Source: Armatimonadota bacterium
GTDB lineage: Bacteria > Armatimonadota > Fimbriimonadia > Fimbriimonadales > ATM1
Assembly (NCBI GenBank): GCA_037446435.1
Contig: JBBIIO010000006.1
Coordinates: forward strand, 1,633 to 65,632
Direction of reading: 5' to 3'
DNA length: 64,000 nt
A program made the position numbers and the translations under genes. The notes under the pieces are model-generated. The model ran no database searches, was not told the DNA's origin, and saw only the letters and a list, made by a program, of their open reading frames with translations. Shown here piece after piece: positions 42,521 to 52,736 of the stretch. Numbering within the stretch: position 1 is the stretch's first letter; every line of letters begins with the position of its first letter.

Positions 42521-44412
42521 AGCGGAATAGTATATAGAATGCCGGCAACGCGCCCGGATCCGGTACTTTGAGTCGAAAGCAGGGTTAAATCTCCCTCGCG
42601 AACGGCTTCGATGAGCAACCGGCGGAATCGCTCCTCCTCCTCGATGGGGGCTGCTGGGTCGGTGAAGGCGAGCGAGAGGCGGGCGGCACGTTCCTTGCCG
42701 AGAATGACGGGACTGAGGTGCACGTACACGTGCGTCGCACCCAGCACGCGCAACCGCTCCACCAACTCCGCACCGCTGCCGATCGACTCGTACGGAATCA
42801 TGGTGCTGTGCTGGGGGTTCGCCCAGAAGTAGTCGCGCGTAAGATAGAACCCGCGCACTTCATCATAGAGGGCAACCTTCGCGCCCTCATCCAAGGAGTT
42901 GATCGCCTGAACGCCGGGCCAGAAGTCGAACCGCACGCTCAGGTACTCCTCTTGCGTCACCTCTCCCGTTGAAACCGCAACCTGCTCCGTGAGTTCCTCG
43001 CGATTGAAGTAGCCAAACAGCGCGAAGCACCACACCACCTGCAGAGAGATGGCCGCAATCATCAGCGGGCGATAGCGGAGCTTTACCACCCCGCCGGCAA
43101 GCACCGACGACACCAGCACCAGCCCCGTGAGGTACCTCGACTGCTGCGTCATGATGAACCATGCCGCGAGGGACAGCAGCAGCACGAGCAGCAGCGCGCG
43201 CTCGAACCGCCTGCCTCGACCCGAGAACGCCCACAGGAGCGGAGCCAGAAGGAACACCGGGCCGGTCGCTCCGAACGGCGATGCGCGATTGATTTGCAGG
43301 TCGGGCTGAAGAGCCAGGCCCGTGATCGCGCCTGGGAGCGCAGCGGGGTTCACACCGCCGCCTGGCTGCACGCCGATGCCGAACTGCGACTGCTCGGCGC
43401 GGAAGGCGGCGGCGTTCTCGTCGCTCCAGTTGCGACCATCGAACACGGAGTAGAGGAACGGATAGAACGGGTTGCCCGTGTTCACCGCGTTGCGCGCATA
43501 CCACGGGAGCGCGACGAGCGTCGCCAGCACAGTCGCGACGGCTACCTGCCTCACGAGCGTCCTTCGCCGCGCCGCGAGCCAGAGTATGCCCACGAGCAGG
43601 ACGCCTGCAATCGGAAGAGCGACGTACTTGGAGGCAAGCGCGAAGCCCATCGCCCACCCGCCCAAAAGCAGCCACGGCTGCGCATCCTGGTCTTCGTCTG
43701 CTGCGTAGGCAGAAGCGAAGGCGAGCACCGCGAGCCCCGTCCACAAGCCGTGCGGGATATCTACATAGGCGGTGCCTGCCTCCCACAGCAGAACCGGGGA
43801 GGCGAGCGTCGCCAAACCCGCCCAGGCTGCAGCCGCCCGTCCGTAACGCGCGCCGGCGATGCCCGCGACCGCCAAAGCCGCCAGCGCGAGGAACAGCACA
43901 GTCAGCATCTTGGCGGCGGATTGACCGCCCGCCCACAAGCCCCACAGATACAGCATGTTCACCGCGCCGGGCACGTTGCTGTGCGGCATGAACGGAATGT
44001 AGTCGAGGCGGCCCGAGTCCAGCCAGATGCGCGCCATCGCGAGCTGATGGCTGAGCGTGTCCCAATCGTTAGCATCTGATGGCGCTAGCGCAGCGGGCAC
44101 CCGAAGCAGAAGTAGCGCTGCGCACACGACGGCCACGATGGGCACGGCGTCCGCGACCTTCGGCAGCCCGCTCCGTCGCCATCCGATCGCCGCGACGGCT
44201 ATGAGCACGACTGCAAGAATCGGCAACCGCTCGAATCCGCCCGCCCAGCCGACGAGCATCGTAACCGAGCCGATGGCGCCGAAGCCCAGCACCGCGCGCA
44301 CCGCAAGCATCGATGCGGCCGACAAGCCCGGAATCGCGCGTGGAGACAGCGCGCTTCCAACGCCGCAAGCCACGACGCCCGCAGCGAGAGCAAAGCCAAT
44401 TGCGCTAATCAC
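42514..44412 (-). CDS. polytopic membrane glycosyltransferase, GT-C fold (ArnT/PMT_2-like), putative
   Basis: 632 aa with about 12 hydrophobic helices, then a soluble C-terminal domain of about 130 aa. This is a family-level call only. Confidence 0.7.
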   Translation of the reverse strand: MISAIGFALAAGVVACGVGSALSPRAIPGLSAASMLAVRAVLGFGAIGSVTMLVGWAGGFERLPILAVVLIAVAAIGWRRSGLPKVADAVPIVAVVCAALLLLRVPAALAPSDANDWDTLSHQLAMARIWLDSGRLDYIPFMPHSNVPGAVNMLYLWGLWAGGQSAAKMLTVLFLALAALAVAGIAGARYGRAAAAWAGLATLASPVLLWEAGTAYVDIPHGLWTGLAVLAFASAYAADEDQDAQPWLLLGGWAMGFALASKYVALPIAGVLLVGILWLAARRRTLVRQVAVATVLATLVALPWYARNAVNTGNPFYPFLYSVFDGRNWSDENAAAFRAEQSQFGIGVQPGGGVNPAALPGAITGLALQPDLQINRASPFGATGPVFLLAPLLWAFSGRGRRFERALLLVLLLSLAAWFIMTQQSRYLTGLVLVSSVLAGGVVKLRYRPLMIAAISLQVVWCFALFGYFNREELTEQVAVSTGEVTQEEYLSVRFDFWPGVQAINSLDEGAKVALYDEVRGFYLTRDYFWANPQHSTMIPYESIGSGAELVERLRVLGATHVYVHLSPVILGKERAARLSLAFTDPAAPIEEEERFRRLLIEAVREGDLTLLSTQSTGSGRVAGILYTIPLQ

Positions 44413-44420
44413 CTGGGCGC

Positions 44421-44426
44421 ATTATG
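44421..44426 (-). promoter_or_regulatory. -10 box CATAAT, 8 nt upstream of GTG 44412
   Basis: Plus strand reads attatg at 44421-44426. No SD. Confidence 0.4.
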
Positions 44427-44480
44427 CGAGACGCATGCATCCCCGCGACTCTGCCGGGGCGAGAGCGCCCGGCCTGCGGG

Positions 44481-44486
44481 TATGAT
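44481..44486 (+). promoter_or_regulatory. -10 box TATGAT, 6 nt upstream of GTG 44493
   Basis: Read directly from the sequence. Supports GTG 44493, which gives the signal peptide VRRLLLSLACLPLLHASAQ, over the ORF-track start 44424. Confidence 0.4.
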
Positions 44487-44492
44487 GCGCCC

Positions 44493-46475
44493 GTGCGCCG
44501 GCTGCTCCTCTCCCTTGCCTGCCTGCCGCTCTTGCACGCCTCTGCGCAGCGAACCCGCGAACTTCCCGCCGTGCGGCTCGAGCCGCCGCCCACCGTTGAC
44601 GGTGTTGTGGAGGCGGAAGAGTGGTCGTCCGCCGCTCGGTCGGAAGGCTTCGTTGACCGCTTTAGCGAACGCCCCATCGAGGGTTTCAATACGGTCGTGT
44701 ACTCCGGCTACACCGACGAGGGAGCGTACTTTGCCATCGTCGCCTTCGACCCCAGCCCTGCGCTGATTCGCGCCACCGAGTACCGTCGAGAGGGGAACCT
44801 GTCCGCCGACGATACGCTCAGCATTGACCTGAACCCATTCGGGACGTTTGACGACGAGGACTTTAACACCTTCACGGTCAATCCGCTTGGCGCAACCAAT
44901 TCACAGTTCGCAGGCGGGCGCGCCGCCAAACGCGAGTGGCAGGGCGAGTGGGTCGCGCTCGCACGCGTGACTGAACAGGGATGGGAGGCAGAGATCTTTA
45001 TCCCGTGGCGCATCTTGAGGGTACCCGAGGAAGGCACGCACACGATGACGCTCAACTTCGAGCGGCGCGTTCCGCGGGCGCAACTCGAACTGCACTGGTC
45101 GAGCCTCGGCCCGGAGCGGCTTTCAGAGAACACCGGAAGGTGGGTCGGTGTGGAACTGCCCCATGTCCCTCAGCCGCGCATCCTTCAACTGCTTCCCTTC
45201 ATCGTCGCCGGCGTGGATGACGACAAGGGCACGTCTATTCATAGCGGCGTGGACGGCAGGATGCAGTTCGGCCGAGGGCTAACCGGCTTGTTGACCATCA
45301 ACCCGGACTTCGAAAATGTCGAGAATGCCGTGGTGGGCATTGACTTCTCTCGCTTCGAGCGCCTGGCCGATGAGACACGGCCGTTCTTCACCGAGGGCGA
45401 GGACTTTTTCCGCTTTGGTGGCATGTCGGTGAGAATGTTCGCCCCCCAACGGATCGAGCAGATTGACACCGGCTTGAAGGCGTTCGGCAAGTTCGGTGCC
45501 GAGTCGAGCATCAGCGCGCTGCTAACGCAGCGCTTCGGACGAGAAAAGGCAGCGGTGCTTCGGTACCAACGAGTTTGGGGGGCGAACGCGGACCTGACGT
45601 TCGGCTATGTCTTGTCTGACGACGAGGACATCACGAACCACGCCTTCGGCGTTGACGGTCGGTATCGCCTCTCCGAGCAATGGACGGCCACCGGCCGCTT
45701 CGGCGCCACCGATGACAGCGACGAGGGCAGCGGTTACCGCTCCGACGTCAGCGTCTCCTATCGTTCGGGCGCGATGACCGTCGGAGCAGGGTGGCAACGA
45801 ATTGACCCCCAGTTCCTGCCGCGTCTGGGCTTCGCGCCTCGGCGCGGGTTCCAGGGCGGCGAGGCGTTCGGCTTCTACCGCCGCTCGTACGACTCGGGCG
45901 CGCTCGCGGAGGTCGAGGCCAACCTGTTCGCAAACTCGCGCAGCGACGTGGAGACGGGCGGGCTGTTCGAACAGTCGGTCTCCGCAGGGTTCGAAGCGTC
46001 CTTCCGCAAAGGTCCGCGCGTTGAGGTTAGGCACAACAACAGCACCTTCCCCGACCTGGCAGACATCCGGACAAACGTTGAAGTCGGCTACCCAAGCGAC
46101 GACCCGATTCGCAACGGCGAACTCGAATATACATTCGGAACCATTGGCGGCGAGCGGTATGAGGAAGTTGGCGTGTCGGCGAGGTGGCGCTTCCTATGGG
46201 GACTGAGCGCGTCGGCTTCTCTGCAGTTCGTGTCCTTCGAGGGTGAGCGCGAAGCGCAACACGTGTTCAACCTGAGTTATGAATTGAGCGAGTTCCAGTC
46301 CGTTTTGGCGCGGGCGATCTTCCGCGATGATGAGTGGAACGTCTATGCCGCTTACCGCTTGTCCGGCGACTTCGGGCCGGAGTACTTCGTCATCATCGGC
46401 GACCCTAACGCGCGCACGTTCCGTTCTCGCGTTGCGCTGAAGGTCGTCGTGCCGTTCGATCTCATCCTGGACTAG
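44493..46475 (+). CDS. exported CBM9-like / DUF5916-family protein, putative
   Basis: Signal peptide, then an N-terminal PPTVDGVVEAEEWSSAA motif typical of CBM9-like domains, then a long beta-rich region. Family recalled from memory. Confidence 0.65.
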   Translation: MRRLLLSLACLPLLHASAQRTRELPAVRLEPPPTVDGVVEAEEWSSAARSEGFVDRFSERPIEGFNTVVYSGYTDEGAYFAIVAFDPSPALIRATEYRREGNLSADDTLSIDLNPFGTFDDEDFNTFTVNPLGATNSQFAGGRAAKREWQGEWVALARVTEQGWEAEIFIPWRILRVPEEGTHTMTLNFERRVPRAQLELHWSSLGPERLSENTGRWVGVELPHVPQPRILQLLPFIVAGVDDDKGTSIHSGVDGRMQFGRGLTGLLTINPDFENVENAVVGIDFSRFERLADETRPFFTEGEDFFRFGGMSVRMFAPQRIEQIDTGLKAFGKFGAESSISALLTQRFGREKAAVLRYQRVWGANADLTFGYVLSDDEDITNHAFGVDGRYRLSEQWTATGRFGATDDSDEGSGYRSDVSVSYRSGAMTVGAGWQRIDPQFLPRLGFAPRRGFQGGEAFGFYRRSYDSGALAEVEANLFANSRSDVETGGLFEQSVSAGFEASFRKGPRVEVRHNNSTFPDLADIRTNVEVGYPSDDPIRNGELEYTFGTIGGERYEEVGVSARWRFLWGLSASASLQFVSFEGEREAQHVFNLSYELSEFQSVLARAIFRDDEWNVYAAYRLSGDFGPEYFVIIGDPNARTFRSRVALKVVVPFDLILD

Positions 46476-47697
46476 CGTCGGGCGACCGGCGCGCCGCGAA
46501 GTGCGAGAGGATGAACCCGACGGTAATGGCCATCGCGGCGCCGATGCCTGGATAAAACGGATCGTTCTCATACAGCCGCGAGCCGACCAGCGTGCCGAGA
46601 ATCGCCCCGAATCCCTGCACGGCCATCACCGCGCCGATATAGAGCCCTGACCGAGCAGGGTTGATCCGGCTGACGAACGCGTACCACGCCGGCAGCGCCA
46701 GCAGGAATCCGACGCCGACGGTGCCTGCCGCGAGCGCCGTGGTCGCAAGGCTGCGCGCCCACTCCAACCAGTTGCCCGCCGAGACCATCCACAATCCTAC
46801 GGCACAGAGCCACAACCCAAGCCTCACCGCCCGCGCATGGCCGATCCTCTCGCCGAGCGTGCCCATCGGCAGGCTGAGCATCCCCATCAGGAAGCCCGCA
46901 GGCAGGACGAGCGTCCTGCCGAACTCGTTGACCGGCACGCCGTACACGTCTTGCGCGAAGAACATCACAATCGGCGCCGGCAGTCCCACCCCGAAGAACG
47001 TGATGAACCCAACCGTCAAGGTCAGTGGAACCTGTCGGAAGCACATCAGGATGTCGCGCAGGCGGTGCTCTTCGTCGTGGCCCTCGCCGTGTGCGCGATC
47101 GTCAGGCACAGTGGCTACAATGAGTACCGCCGTTAGACCAAAGAGGACGGACGCTGCGACGAATGCGGCAGAATAAGAGTGGAAGGCCGCGTTCGCCTCG
47201 CCCCCGGCGAGGAATCCCAGAGCCAGGCCGGCCATGAAGCAGAGGTTCAGCAGGCTCATCCCTTGGCTGCTCTGGCTGTCGGTTGTTGCGTCTCCCATCA
47301 TCGCGTAGGCGGACGTCCACACCATCGCTGCAGCAAGACCGTCGAGCACGCGCAACAGGACGATTGCGACAACTACGCCGTTGCCCCACCCGGAGGGGAT
47401 CATCACCGTCAACAAGGGGGTGACGAACCAGATCATCGGTCCCATGAGGAGGAAGCGCTTGCGCCCGAAGCGATCGGCGCAGTGCCCTACGACGCCCTTG
47501 AACAGCGCCTCGCTGACCAGATAGGCAGCGATGACAATTCCAACCACGCGCTCGGGCAAGCCGAGCTCCTCGCGCAGGTATGCGGGCACCGCGAAGAAGT
47601 TGAGCGCCACCGTGGCAAGTTCCGCCAGCAGAGCGACCGGGAGCAGCCTGAGGACCGCCCATTGCTTCCAGACGGGGGTCAGGTTGCTCGGTTGCAT
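46462..47697 (-). CDS. MFS transporter
   Basis: 411 aa with about 12 TM helices. MFS loop motif GHCADRFGRKR. Confidence 0.85.
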   Translation of the reverse strand: MQPSNLTPVWKQWAVLRLLPVALLAELATVALNFFAVPAYLREELGLPERVVGIVIAAYLVSEALFKGVVGHCADRFGRKRFLLMGPMIWFVTPLLTVMIPSGWGNGVVVAIVLLRVLDGLAAAMVWTSAYAMMGDATTDSQSSQGMSLLNLCFMAGLALGFLAGGEANAAFHSYSAAFVAASVLFGLTAVLIVATVPDDRAHGEGHDEEHRLRDILMCFRQVPLTLTVGFITFFGVGLPAPIVMFFAQDVYGVPVNEFGRTLVLPAGFLMGMLSLPMGTLGERIGHARAVRLGLWLCAVGLWMVSAGNWLEWARSLATTALAAGTVGVGFLLALPAWYAFVSRINPARSGLYIGAVMAVQGFGAILGTLVGSRLYENDPFYPGIGAAMAITVGFILSHFAARRSPDASPG

Positions 47698-47713
47698 GGT
47701 GGTTTGAAGACGT

Positions 47714-47745
47714 GAGGCGCGTCCGGCTCAAGTCCGGCGCGCCTC
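47714..47745. terminator. hairpin downstream of rpsI (12 bp with one bulge)
   Basis: gaggcgcg-t-ccgg / 7-nt loop / ccgg-cgcgcctc. On the gene strand no U-tract follows. Confidence 0.4.
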
Positions 47746-47773
47746 GATTGCTGTTTTTCAGTGTCCGCGCGGG

Positions 47774-48166
47774 TTAGCGCTTGACGTACTGGAAGCCGCG
47801 GCGCGCCCGCTTCCGCCCGTACTTCTTTCTTTCCTTGACGCGCGGGTCGCGCGTGAGGAAACCGTCTCTTCGCAGCGGCGGGCGCAACGCCGGGTCCATC
47901 TCGATGATCGCCTTGGCGATTCCATGCCGGATGGCGCCGGCTTGACCTGAGATGCCCCCGCCCTGCGCGTCGGCGATTACGTCAATCTTGCCGTCAAGCC
48001 CGACGTGTCTCAGCGGGCTGAGCACAATCATCTCGAGCACGCGCCGACCGAGGTATTCGTTCATCGGGCGCTCGTTGATGGTCACGTTGCCGGAGCCGGG
48101 CTGCAGCCAAACCCGCGCGATGGCGTTTTTTCGTCTACCGGTTGCGTAGTATCGCACATCTGCCAT
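47774..48166 (-). CDS. rpsI: 30S ribosomal protein S9
   Basis: 130 aa with C-terminal [17 protein letters not shown]. Confidence 0.95.
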   Translation of the reverse strand: MADVRYYATGRRKNAIARVWLQPGSGNVTINERPMNEYLGRRVLEMIVLSPLRHVGLDGKIDVIADAQGGGISGQAGAIRHGIAKAIIEMDPALRPPLRRDGFLTRDPRVKERKKYGRKRARRGFQYVKR

Positions 48167-48167
48167 G

Positions 48168-48596
48168 CTATTTCACCTCCAGCGGTTCCGGATTGTGGTT
48201 AGCGTGTGGGTGATCCGGGCCGCGATACACTTTCAGTTTGCGGTAAATCTTCCGTCCGAGGCGGTGCTTGGGCAACATGCCCCACACAGCGCGCTCGATG
48301 AGCGCCTCTGGGTTCTCCTTCAGCAGCTTGCCGCGCGAGACGCTCTTGATGCCGCCCGGGTAACCCGAGTGCCGGTAGACGAGTTCGTCGGGCTTCGAGT
48401 TGCCCTTCAGCACGGCGCGCTCAGCGTTGATGACCACGACATGGTCGCCGCAGTCCTCGCTGTAGGAGAACGTGGGTTTGTGCTTCCCACGCAACACCTG
48501 TGCGACAACAGCGGCGACGCGACCGATTGGCTTGTTTGCCGCGTCCACCACATACCATTTGTGTTCATTCGATTCCGTCATCTCAGTCTTCCTCAA
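48168..48596 (-). CDS. rplM: 50S ribosomal protein L13
   Basis: 142 aa. [16 protein letters not shown]. Confidence 0.95.
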   Translation of the reverse strand: MRKTEMTESNEHKWYVVDAANKPIGRVAAVVAQVLRGKHKPTFSYSEDCGDHVVVINAERAVLKGNSKPDELVYRHSGYPGGIKSVSRGKLLKENPEALIERAVWGMLPKHRLGRKIYRKLKVYRGPDHPHANHNPEPLEVK

Positions 48597-49383
48597 ATGT
48601 CTGTTCCTGTCTCAAATCTCGATAGGGCCACCCATAGTCCACTCTCAGCAACGTTAGGCCGCGAGCAGGCAGCACCACGGGCCAGGGAATGCTCGCTCGC
48701 CGCTCCGTGTCCAGCAGTGAGGCGAACTCGTCTCGGCTTCTCCTACCGACGCCCACTTCAAACAGGCCGCCTGCGATGCGCCGAACCATTCCCCGGATGA
48801 AAGCGTTTGCCCGAATCGTAATTCGAATCTCCCGACCATACTTGAACACAGAACAGGTGAATACTTCGCGTACGGTGTTACAGCCTTCCGCAAGCTCTTC
48901 ACCGAACGCCAAGAAGTCATGGCGGCCCACAAGCAGGCGCGCTGCTTCGGCCATCCTGAACTCGTCCATCTTGCGGGACGAGGCGTGCACGAAGCGAGCC
49001 AGCAGCGGCGAAGTCTTCTCCTCCTCCGAGATGCGATAGCGGTAGGTTCGGCTCCTTGCAAAGAACCGACTGTGGAACTCGCTTGGCACCTCCTTCGACC
49101 TGGTCACCCTCACGTCGAGAGGCAGGCGATCGTTGAGCGCCTTCGCCCATCGCTCCGCAGGCATCGGGCTATCGGTTTCGAAGTCAGCGAACTGACCGAG
49201 GGCATGCGCCCCCGCGTCGGTTCGGCTTGCGCCACGGAGTTCTACCGCGTGGTTGCAAACGCTTTCGATACAAGTTTTCAAGGTTCCCTGCACGGTTCTT
49301 TGGCCTGCTTGTGCTGCCCAGCCGCAGAAGTCCGTGCCGTCATATTCAATTGCCAGGCCGATCCTGGTTCTCACATTGCTCAA
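48583..49383 (-). CDS. truA: tRNA pseudouridine(38-40) synthase
   Basis: 266 aa. YDGTDFCGWAAQ and the catalytic RTDAGAHA. Confidence 0.9.
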   Translation of the reverse strand: MSNVRTRIGLAIEYDGTDFCGWAAQAGQRTVQGTLKTCIESVCNHAVELRGASRTDAGAHALGQFADFETDSPMPAERWAKALNDRLPLDVRVTRSKEVPSEFHSRFFARSRTYRYRISEEEKTSPLLARFVHASSRKMDEFRMAEAARLLVGRHDFLAFGEELAEGCNTVREVFTCSVFKYGREIRITIRANAFIRGMVRRIAGGLFEVGVGRRSRDEFASLLDTERRASIPWPVVLPARGLTLLRVDYGWPYRDLRQEQTFEED

Positions 49384-49817
49384 TCAACAAACTCGATAAC
49401 GGCGGTCGGCGCTCCGTCGCCCCTCCGCCTTCCGGTTCGAACGATGCGCGTGTATCCCCCGTTCCGGTTCGCAAAGCGAGGCGCAAGGTTACCGAAGAGG
49501 TGCTTGACGAGGTCTTCCCCGTTGATGAGGCCGGCTTCGCACTGCTCCGCGTGCGAAAGCCCGAGGCGCCGAGGGTCGCTTGCAGGGATGCTCTTGCTGT
49601 GCCCGACGAGGATGCGCCGCGCGCGACGCCGCGCCGCCAGCGTGTCCTGCTTGCCAAGCGTGATCAGTGGTTCGACGATGCGGCGCAACTCCTTCGCTCG
49701 CGTCACGGTCGTGCGAACGTAGCCGTGTCGAATCAGTTGCCGGGCGAGGTTAGTGAGCAACGCCCGCCGTTGATCCGACGGCAATCCCAGCTTCCTTCGA
49801 TCTACCTTATGTCGCAT
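49380..49817 (-). CDS. rplQ: 50S ribosomal protein L17
   Basis: 145 aa. MRHKVDRRKLGLPSDQRRALL and GGYTRIV. Carries an internal insertion of about 25 aa relative to E. coli. Confidence 0.93.
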   Translation of the reverse strand: MRHKVDRRKLGLPSDQRRALLTNLARQLIRHGYVRTTVTRAKELRRIVEPLITLGKQDTLAARRRARRILVGHSKSIPASDPRRLGLSHAEQCEAGLINGEDLVKHLFGNLAPRFANRNGGYTRIVRTGRRRGDGAPTAVIEFVD

Positions 49818-49829
49818 CGTACTACTCCG

Positions 49830-50804
49830 TTAAAACGTCTCCCCCAGAGGCGAGCGAACGACGGCGGCGCCTGATCTTAGGGACAGGCCGCGCTCGTCGA
49901 GTTTCTGCTGCACCTCTTCCATCGCCTTCTTACCGAAGCCGGGGATGCACTCGAGGTCGTCTTCGGTCTTACGGACGAGGTCCCGCAGGCTTTCGATCTC
50001 GGCGCGCTTGAGGCAGTTCAGCGTTCGCTGGCTAAAGTCCATCTCCTCAACGCGGATGTCGGGCACGGAGAGGTCTTCGTCGCTGATCTCCTCGAGCGCG
50101 CCCATTGTAACGTCCATCGAGCCTTCACCCAACTCGAAGAAGAGGCGGACAAAGTTGTCGAGGAATGAAGCTGCTTGCTTGATGGCGACGTCAGGGCTGA
50201 CCGAGCCGTTGGTCCACACCTCAAGCGTCAGTCGGTCGTAGTCGGTGCGCTGCCCCACGCGGGTCGCCTCGACGATGTAGTTCACCTTGCGAACCGGCGT
50301 GAACTGGCTGCCCATCGGCATGACGCCGATACGACCGCGATAGTTCTCCTGCCTCTCGGGGGGCGTGTACCCGGTGCCCCAGCTCACGAACAGTTCCGCG
50401 TAGAGGCTTGATCCCTTGTCGCTCAGCGTGCAGAGGTAGCAGTCCGGGTTGACGATCTCGATGTTGTCCGGCGTCTGGATGTCGGCGGCGGTTACGCGGC
50501 CAGGGCCTTTCACATCGAGCAGCATCTGAAAGTCCTCCTCCGGCGGCCGGTCGCTGTTCACCCGTATCGCCACATCGCGAAGGTTGAGCATGAATTCAGT
50601 CATGTCCTCCTTCGCGCCGGGAATCGGTGCAAACTCATGGAGGACCTTCTCCACTCGGACGGCGACGACGGCTGCTCCTGGGATGGAGCTCAGCAGCATG
50701 CGCCGCATGGCGTTGCCGATCGTCTGCCCGTAGCCGCGTTCAAGCGGCGTGACAACAAACTTGCCGTAATTCTGCGTCAGTTCGATCGTTTGGATGTCTG
50801 TCAT
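49830..50804 (-). CDS. rpoA: DNA-directed RNA polymerase subunit alpha
   Basis: 324 aa. NTD motif GYGQTIGNAMRRMLLSSIPG and CTD motif LNCLKRAEIESLRDL. Confidence 0.95.
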   Translation of the reverse strand: MTDIQTIELTQNYGKFVVTPLERGYGQTIGNAMRRMLLSSIPGAAVVAVRVEKVLHEFAPIPGAKEDMTEFMLNLRDVAIRVNSDRPPEEDFQMLLDVKGPGRVTAADIQTPDNIEIVNPDCYLCTLSDKGSSLYAELFVSWGTGYTPPERQENYRGRIGVMPMGSQFTPVRKVNYIVEATRVGQRTDYDRLTLEVWTNGSVSPDVAIKQAASFLDNFVRLFFELGEGSMDVTMGALEEISDEDLSVPDIRVEEMDFSQRTLNCLKRAEIESLRDLVRKTEDDLECIPGFGKKAMEEVQQKLDERGLSLRSGAAVVRSPLGETF

Positions 50805-50807
50805 GGC

Positions 50808-51446
50808 TTACCTTGTGTAGAACTCGACGATCAACTGCTCGTTGATGTCGTTCTGCACCTCTCCGCGCTCGGGTAGGCGCAGCACCTTGCCGTCGAAGCT
50901 CTCAGGGTCGAGCGAGAGCCAACTTGGGATGTTCGCCGTGGCGACCGCTTTGGTTGCCTCCTCGACGAGCTTTGTCTCTCGCTTGGACGGATGCAACCCA
51001 ACGACGTCGCCGGGTCGGGTCTGGAAAGAAGCGACGTTCGTTCGCCCGCCGTTTACGTTGAAGAAACCGTGGGAAACCATCTGCCTCGCCTGCCCACGCG
51101 AAGACGCCCAGCCGAGGCGGAAGACGACGTTGTCCAGGCGCGTCTCGAGCAGTTGAATCAGGTTCTCGCCCGTTACGCCACGCCGTCGAGACGCCTCTTC
51201 CATGTACGACGAGAACTGCTTCTCGCGAAGGAGGTATTGCCGCTTCAGCTTCTGTTTCTCAAGGAGTTGCTGCCCGTACTCGGTGGGGCGGCGGCGCGAT
51301 GCCTCGTCGCCGTGCTGGCCGGGCGGCTTCTTCCGCGCTTCGCGCTCCATAGCGCACTTGCGCGTTTGGCAACGCGCGCCCTTGAGCATCAGTTTCTGCC
51401 CGGCGCGGCGGCAATAGCGGCACTTCGATGTCCAGATGACTGACAT
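50808..51446 (-). CDS. rpsD: 30S ribosomal protein S4
   Basis: 212 aa. N-terminal Cys cluster CRYCRR...CQTRKC and an S4 domain. Confidence 0.95.
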   Translation of the reverse strand: MSVIWTSKCRYCRRAGQKLMLKGARCQTRKCAMEREARKKPPGQHGDEASRRRPTEYGQQLLEKQKLKRQYLLREKQFSSYMEEASRRRGVTGENLIQLLETRLDNVVFRLGWASSRGQARQMVSHGFFNVNGGRTNVASFQTRPGDVVGLHPSKRETKLVEEATKAVATANIPSWLSLDPESFDGKVLRLPERGEVQNDINEQLIVEFYTR

Positions 51447-51455
51447 GGCTGTTGA

Positions 51456-51866
51456 CTACACTCTCCTCTTCTTCGGCGGGCGGCAGCCGTTGTGCGGCAT
51501 CGGCGTAACGTCGCGAATGCTGTTGATGGTTAGCCCACTGGCTTGAATCGCGCGGATTGCCGTCTCGCGACCGCCGCCGGGGCCTCGCACCCAGATATGC
51601 ACTCGCTTCACGCCGTGCTCGGCAGCGCGTCGCGCTGCGTCTTCCGCGGCTACCTGAGCGGCAAACGGAGTCCCCTTCCGGCTTCCTTTGAAGTTCACAC
51701 GCCCTGCGCTGGACCAAGCGATGACGTTTCCCTGAGGGTCGGTGAAGGTTACGATGGTGTTGTTGAATGAGGCTTTGATGTGGGCGACTGCCTCAAGGAC
51801 GTTCTTTGTGGCCTTTGTCTTCGTCTTGGTGGTCTTGCTCGCGCTCTTTGTCGGTTTTCTTGCCAT
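51456..51866 (-). CDS. rpsK: 30S ribosomal protein S11
   Basis: 136 aa. [16 protein letters not shown]. Confidence 0.95.
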   Translation of the reverse strand: MARKPTKSASKTTKTKTKATKNVLEAVAHIKASFNNTIVTFTDPQGNVIAWSSAGRVNFKGSRKGTPFAAQVAAEDAARRAAEHGVKRVHIWVRGPGGGRETAIRAIQASGLTINSIRDVTPMPHNGCRPPKKRRV

Positions 51867-51884
51867 GCTACGCTGCTCCTCGCC

Positions 51885-52262
51885 TTACTTGGTTACCTTC
51901 TTCTTGCCGGCGACGGTCTTCTTCGGTCCCTTGCGCGCTCGCGCGTTGCTTCGCGTTCTTTGTCCTCGTGTCGGCAGGCCTCGGCGATGCCGCAGTCCCC
52001 GGTAGCAGCCGATTTCGATGAGGCGGCGGATGTTCTGCTGCACCTCGCGCCGCAGGTCGCCCTCGACGCGGTACTCGCTTTCGATAATCTCTCTGAGTTT
52101 GGCGACCTCTTGATCGCTCAGGTCACCCATCCGGCGGGTTGCGTCCACGCCCGCCTTCTCGCAGATCTCGCGAGCCGTTGTGTGCCCGATGCCGTAGATG
52201 TAAGGAAGAGCGTACACAACGCTCTTGTTTCGAGGGAGGTCAACACCTGCGATACGCGCCAT
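51885..52262 (-). CDS. rpsM: 30S ribosomal protein S13
   Basis: 125 aa. [13 protein letters not shown]. Confidence 0.95.
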   Translation of the reverse strand: MARIAGVDLPRNKSVVYALPYIYGIGHTTAREICEKAGVDATRRMGDLSDQEVAKLREIIESEYRVEGDLRREVQQNIRRLIEIGCYRGLRHRRGLPTRGQRTRSNARARKGPKKTVAGKKKVTK

Positions 52263-52277
52263 TCGTTCTCGTTCCCC

Positions 52278-52391
52278 CTATCCTTGCCGCTGCTTGTGCT
52301 TCGGGTTGGAGCACAGCACGCGCACGACACCATTCCGCCGCACAATCTTGCAGCGGTCGCACATCTTCTTCACGCTCGTTCGAACCTTCAT
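52278..52391 (-). CDS. rpmJ: 50S ribosomal protein L36
   Basis: Manual translation gives [37 protein letters not shown] (37 aa). GGAGAA SD. Below the ORF-track size cutoff. Confidence 0.9.
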   Translation of the reverse strand: MKVRTSVKKMCDRCKIVRRNGVVRVLCSNPKHKQRQG

Positions 52392-52438
52392 TCTCAGGTA
52401 TTCTCCGTCAGGTCAATACAGCCCAAACGCAACGGATG

Positions 52439-52468
52439 AGTTTACCCGCCCGCGCTCCAGCCGGTCAA
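52439..52468 (-). promoter_or_regulatory. putative sigma70-type internal promoter upstream of rpmJ-rpsM (alpha operon)
   Basis: On the minus strand: TTGACC (52468..52463), 18-nt spacer, TAAACT (52444..52439). This gives a leader of about 40 nt to ATG 52391. Confidence 0.4.
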
Positions 52469-52474
52469 GGGCTG

Positions 52475-52723
52475 CTATCCTTTATCCCGGTACACAATCC
52501 GGCCGCGCGTCATGTCGTAGGGGGACATCTCGACCTTGACACGGTCACCCGGAAGAATACGGATCCAGTGCAGCCGCATCTTCCCGCTGATATGCGCCAG
52601 GATCTCGTGCCCGGTATCCAGCTTCACGCGGAAGTTCGTGCTGGGAAGCTTCTCCAGCACGGTGCCATCTACGATCAGGCCGCGCTCTTTGTCGCTCGTC
52701 TTTACTTTTCTTTGCCTTGGCAT
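52475..52723 (-). CDS. infA: translation initiation factor IF-1
   Basis: 82 aa from ATG 52723. [20 protein letters not shown]...[15 protein letters not shown]. About 10 extra N-terminal residues. Confidence 0.93.
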   Translation of the reverse strand: MPRQRKVKTSDKERGLIVDGTVLEKLPSTNFRVKLDTGHEILAHISGKMRLHWIRILPGDRVKVEMSPYDMTRGRIVYRDKG

Positions 52724-52736
52724 GATTCTCTTAGAA

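Noticed and set aside
42887-44065. 392-aa minus-strand ORF in an alternative frame of the GT-C membrane protein gene
   Set aside because: It is an out-of-frame reading of a clearly polytopic membrane protein gene, and the product is Arg/Gly/Ala-rich.
47714-47758. Hairpin after rpsI followed by TTTTT on the plus strand, considered as an opposite-strand intrinsic terminator
   Set aside because: The T-run starts 8 nt after the stem and nothing is transcribed toward it on the plus strand. I kept it only as a possible U-tract-less terminator for rpsI.
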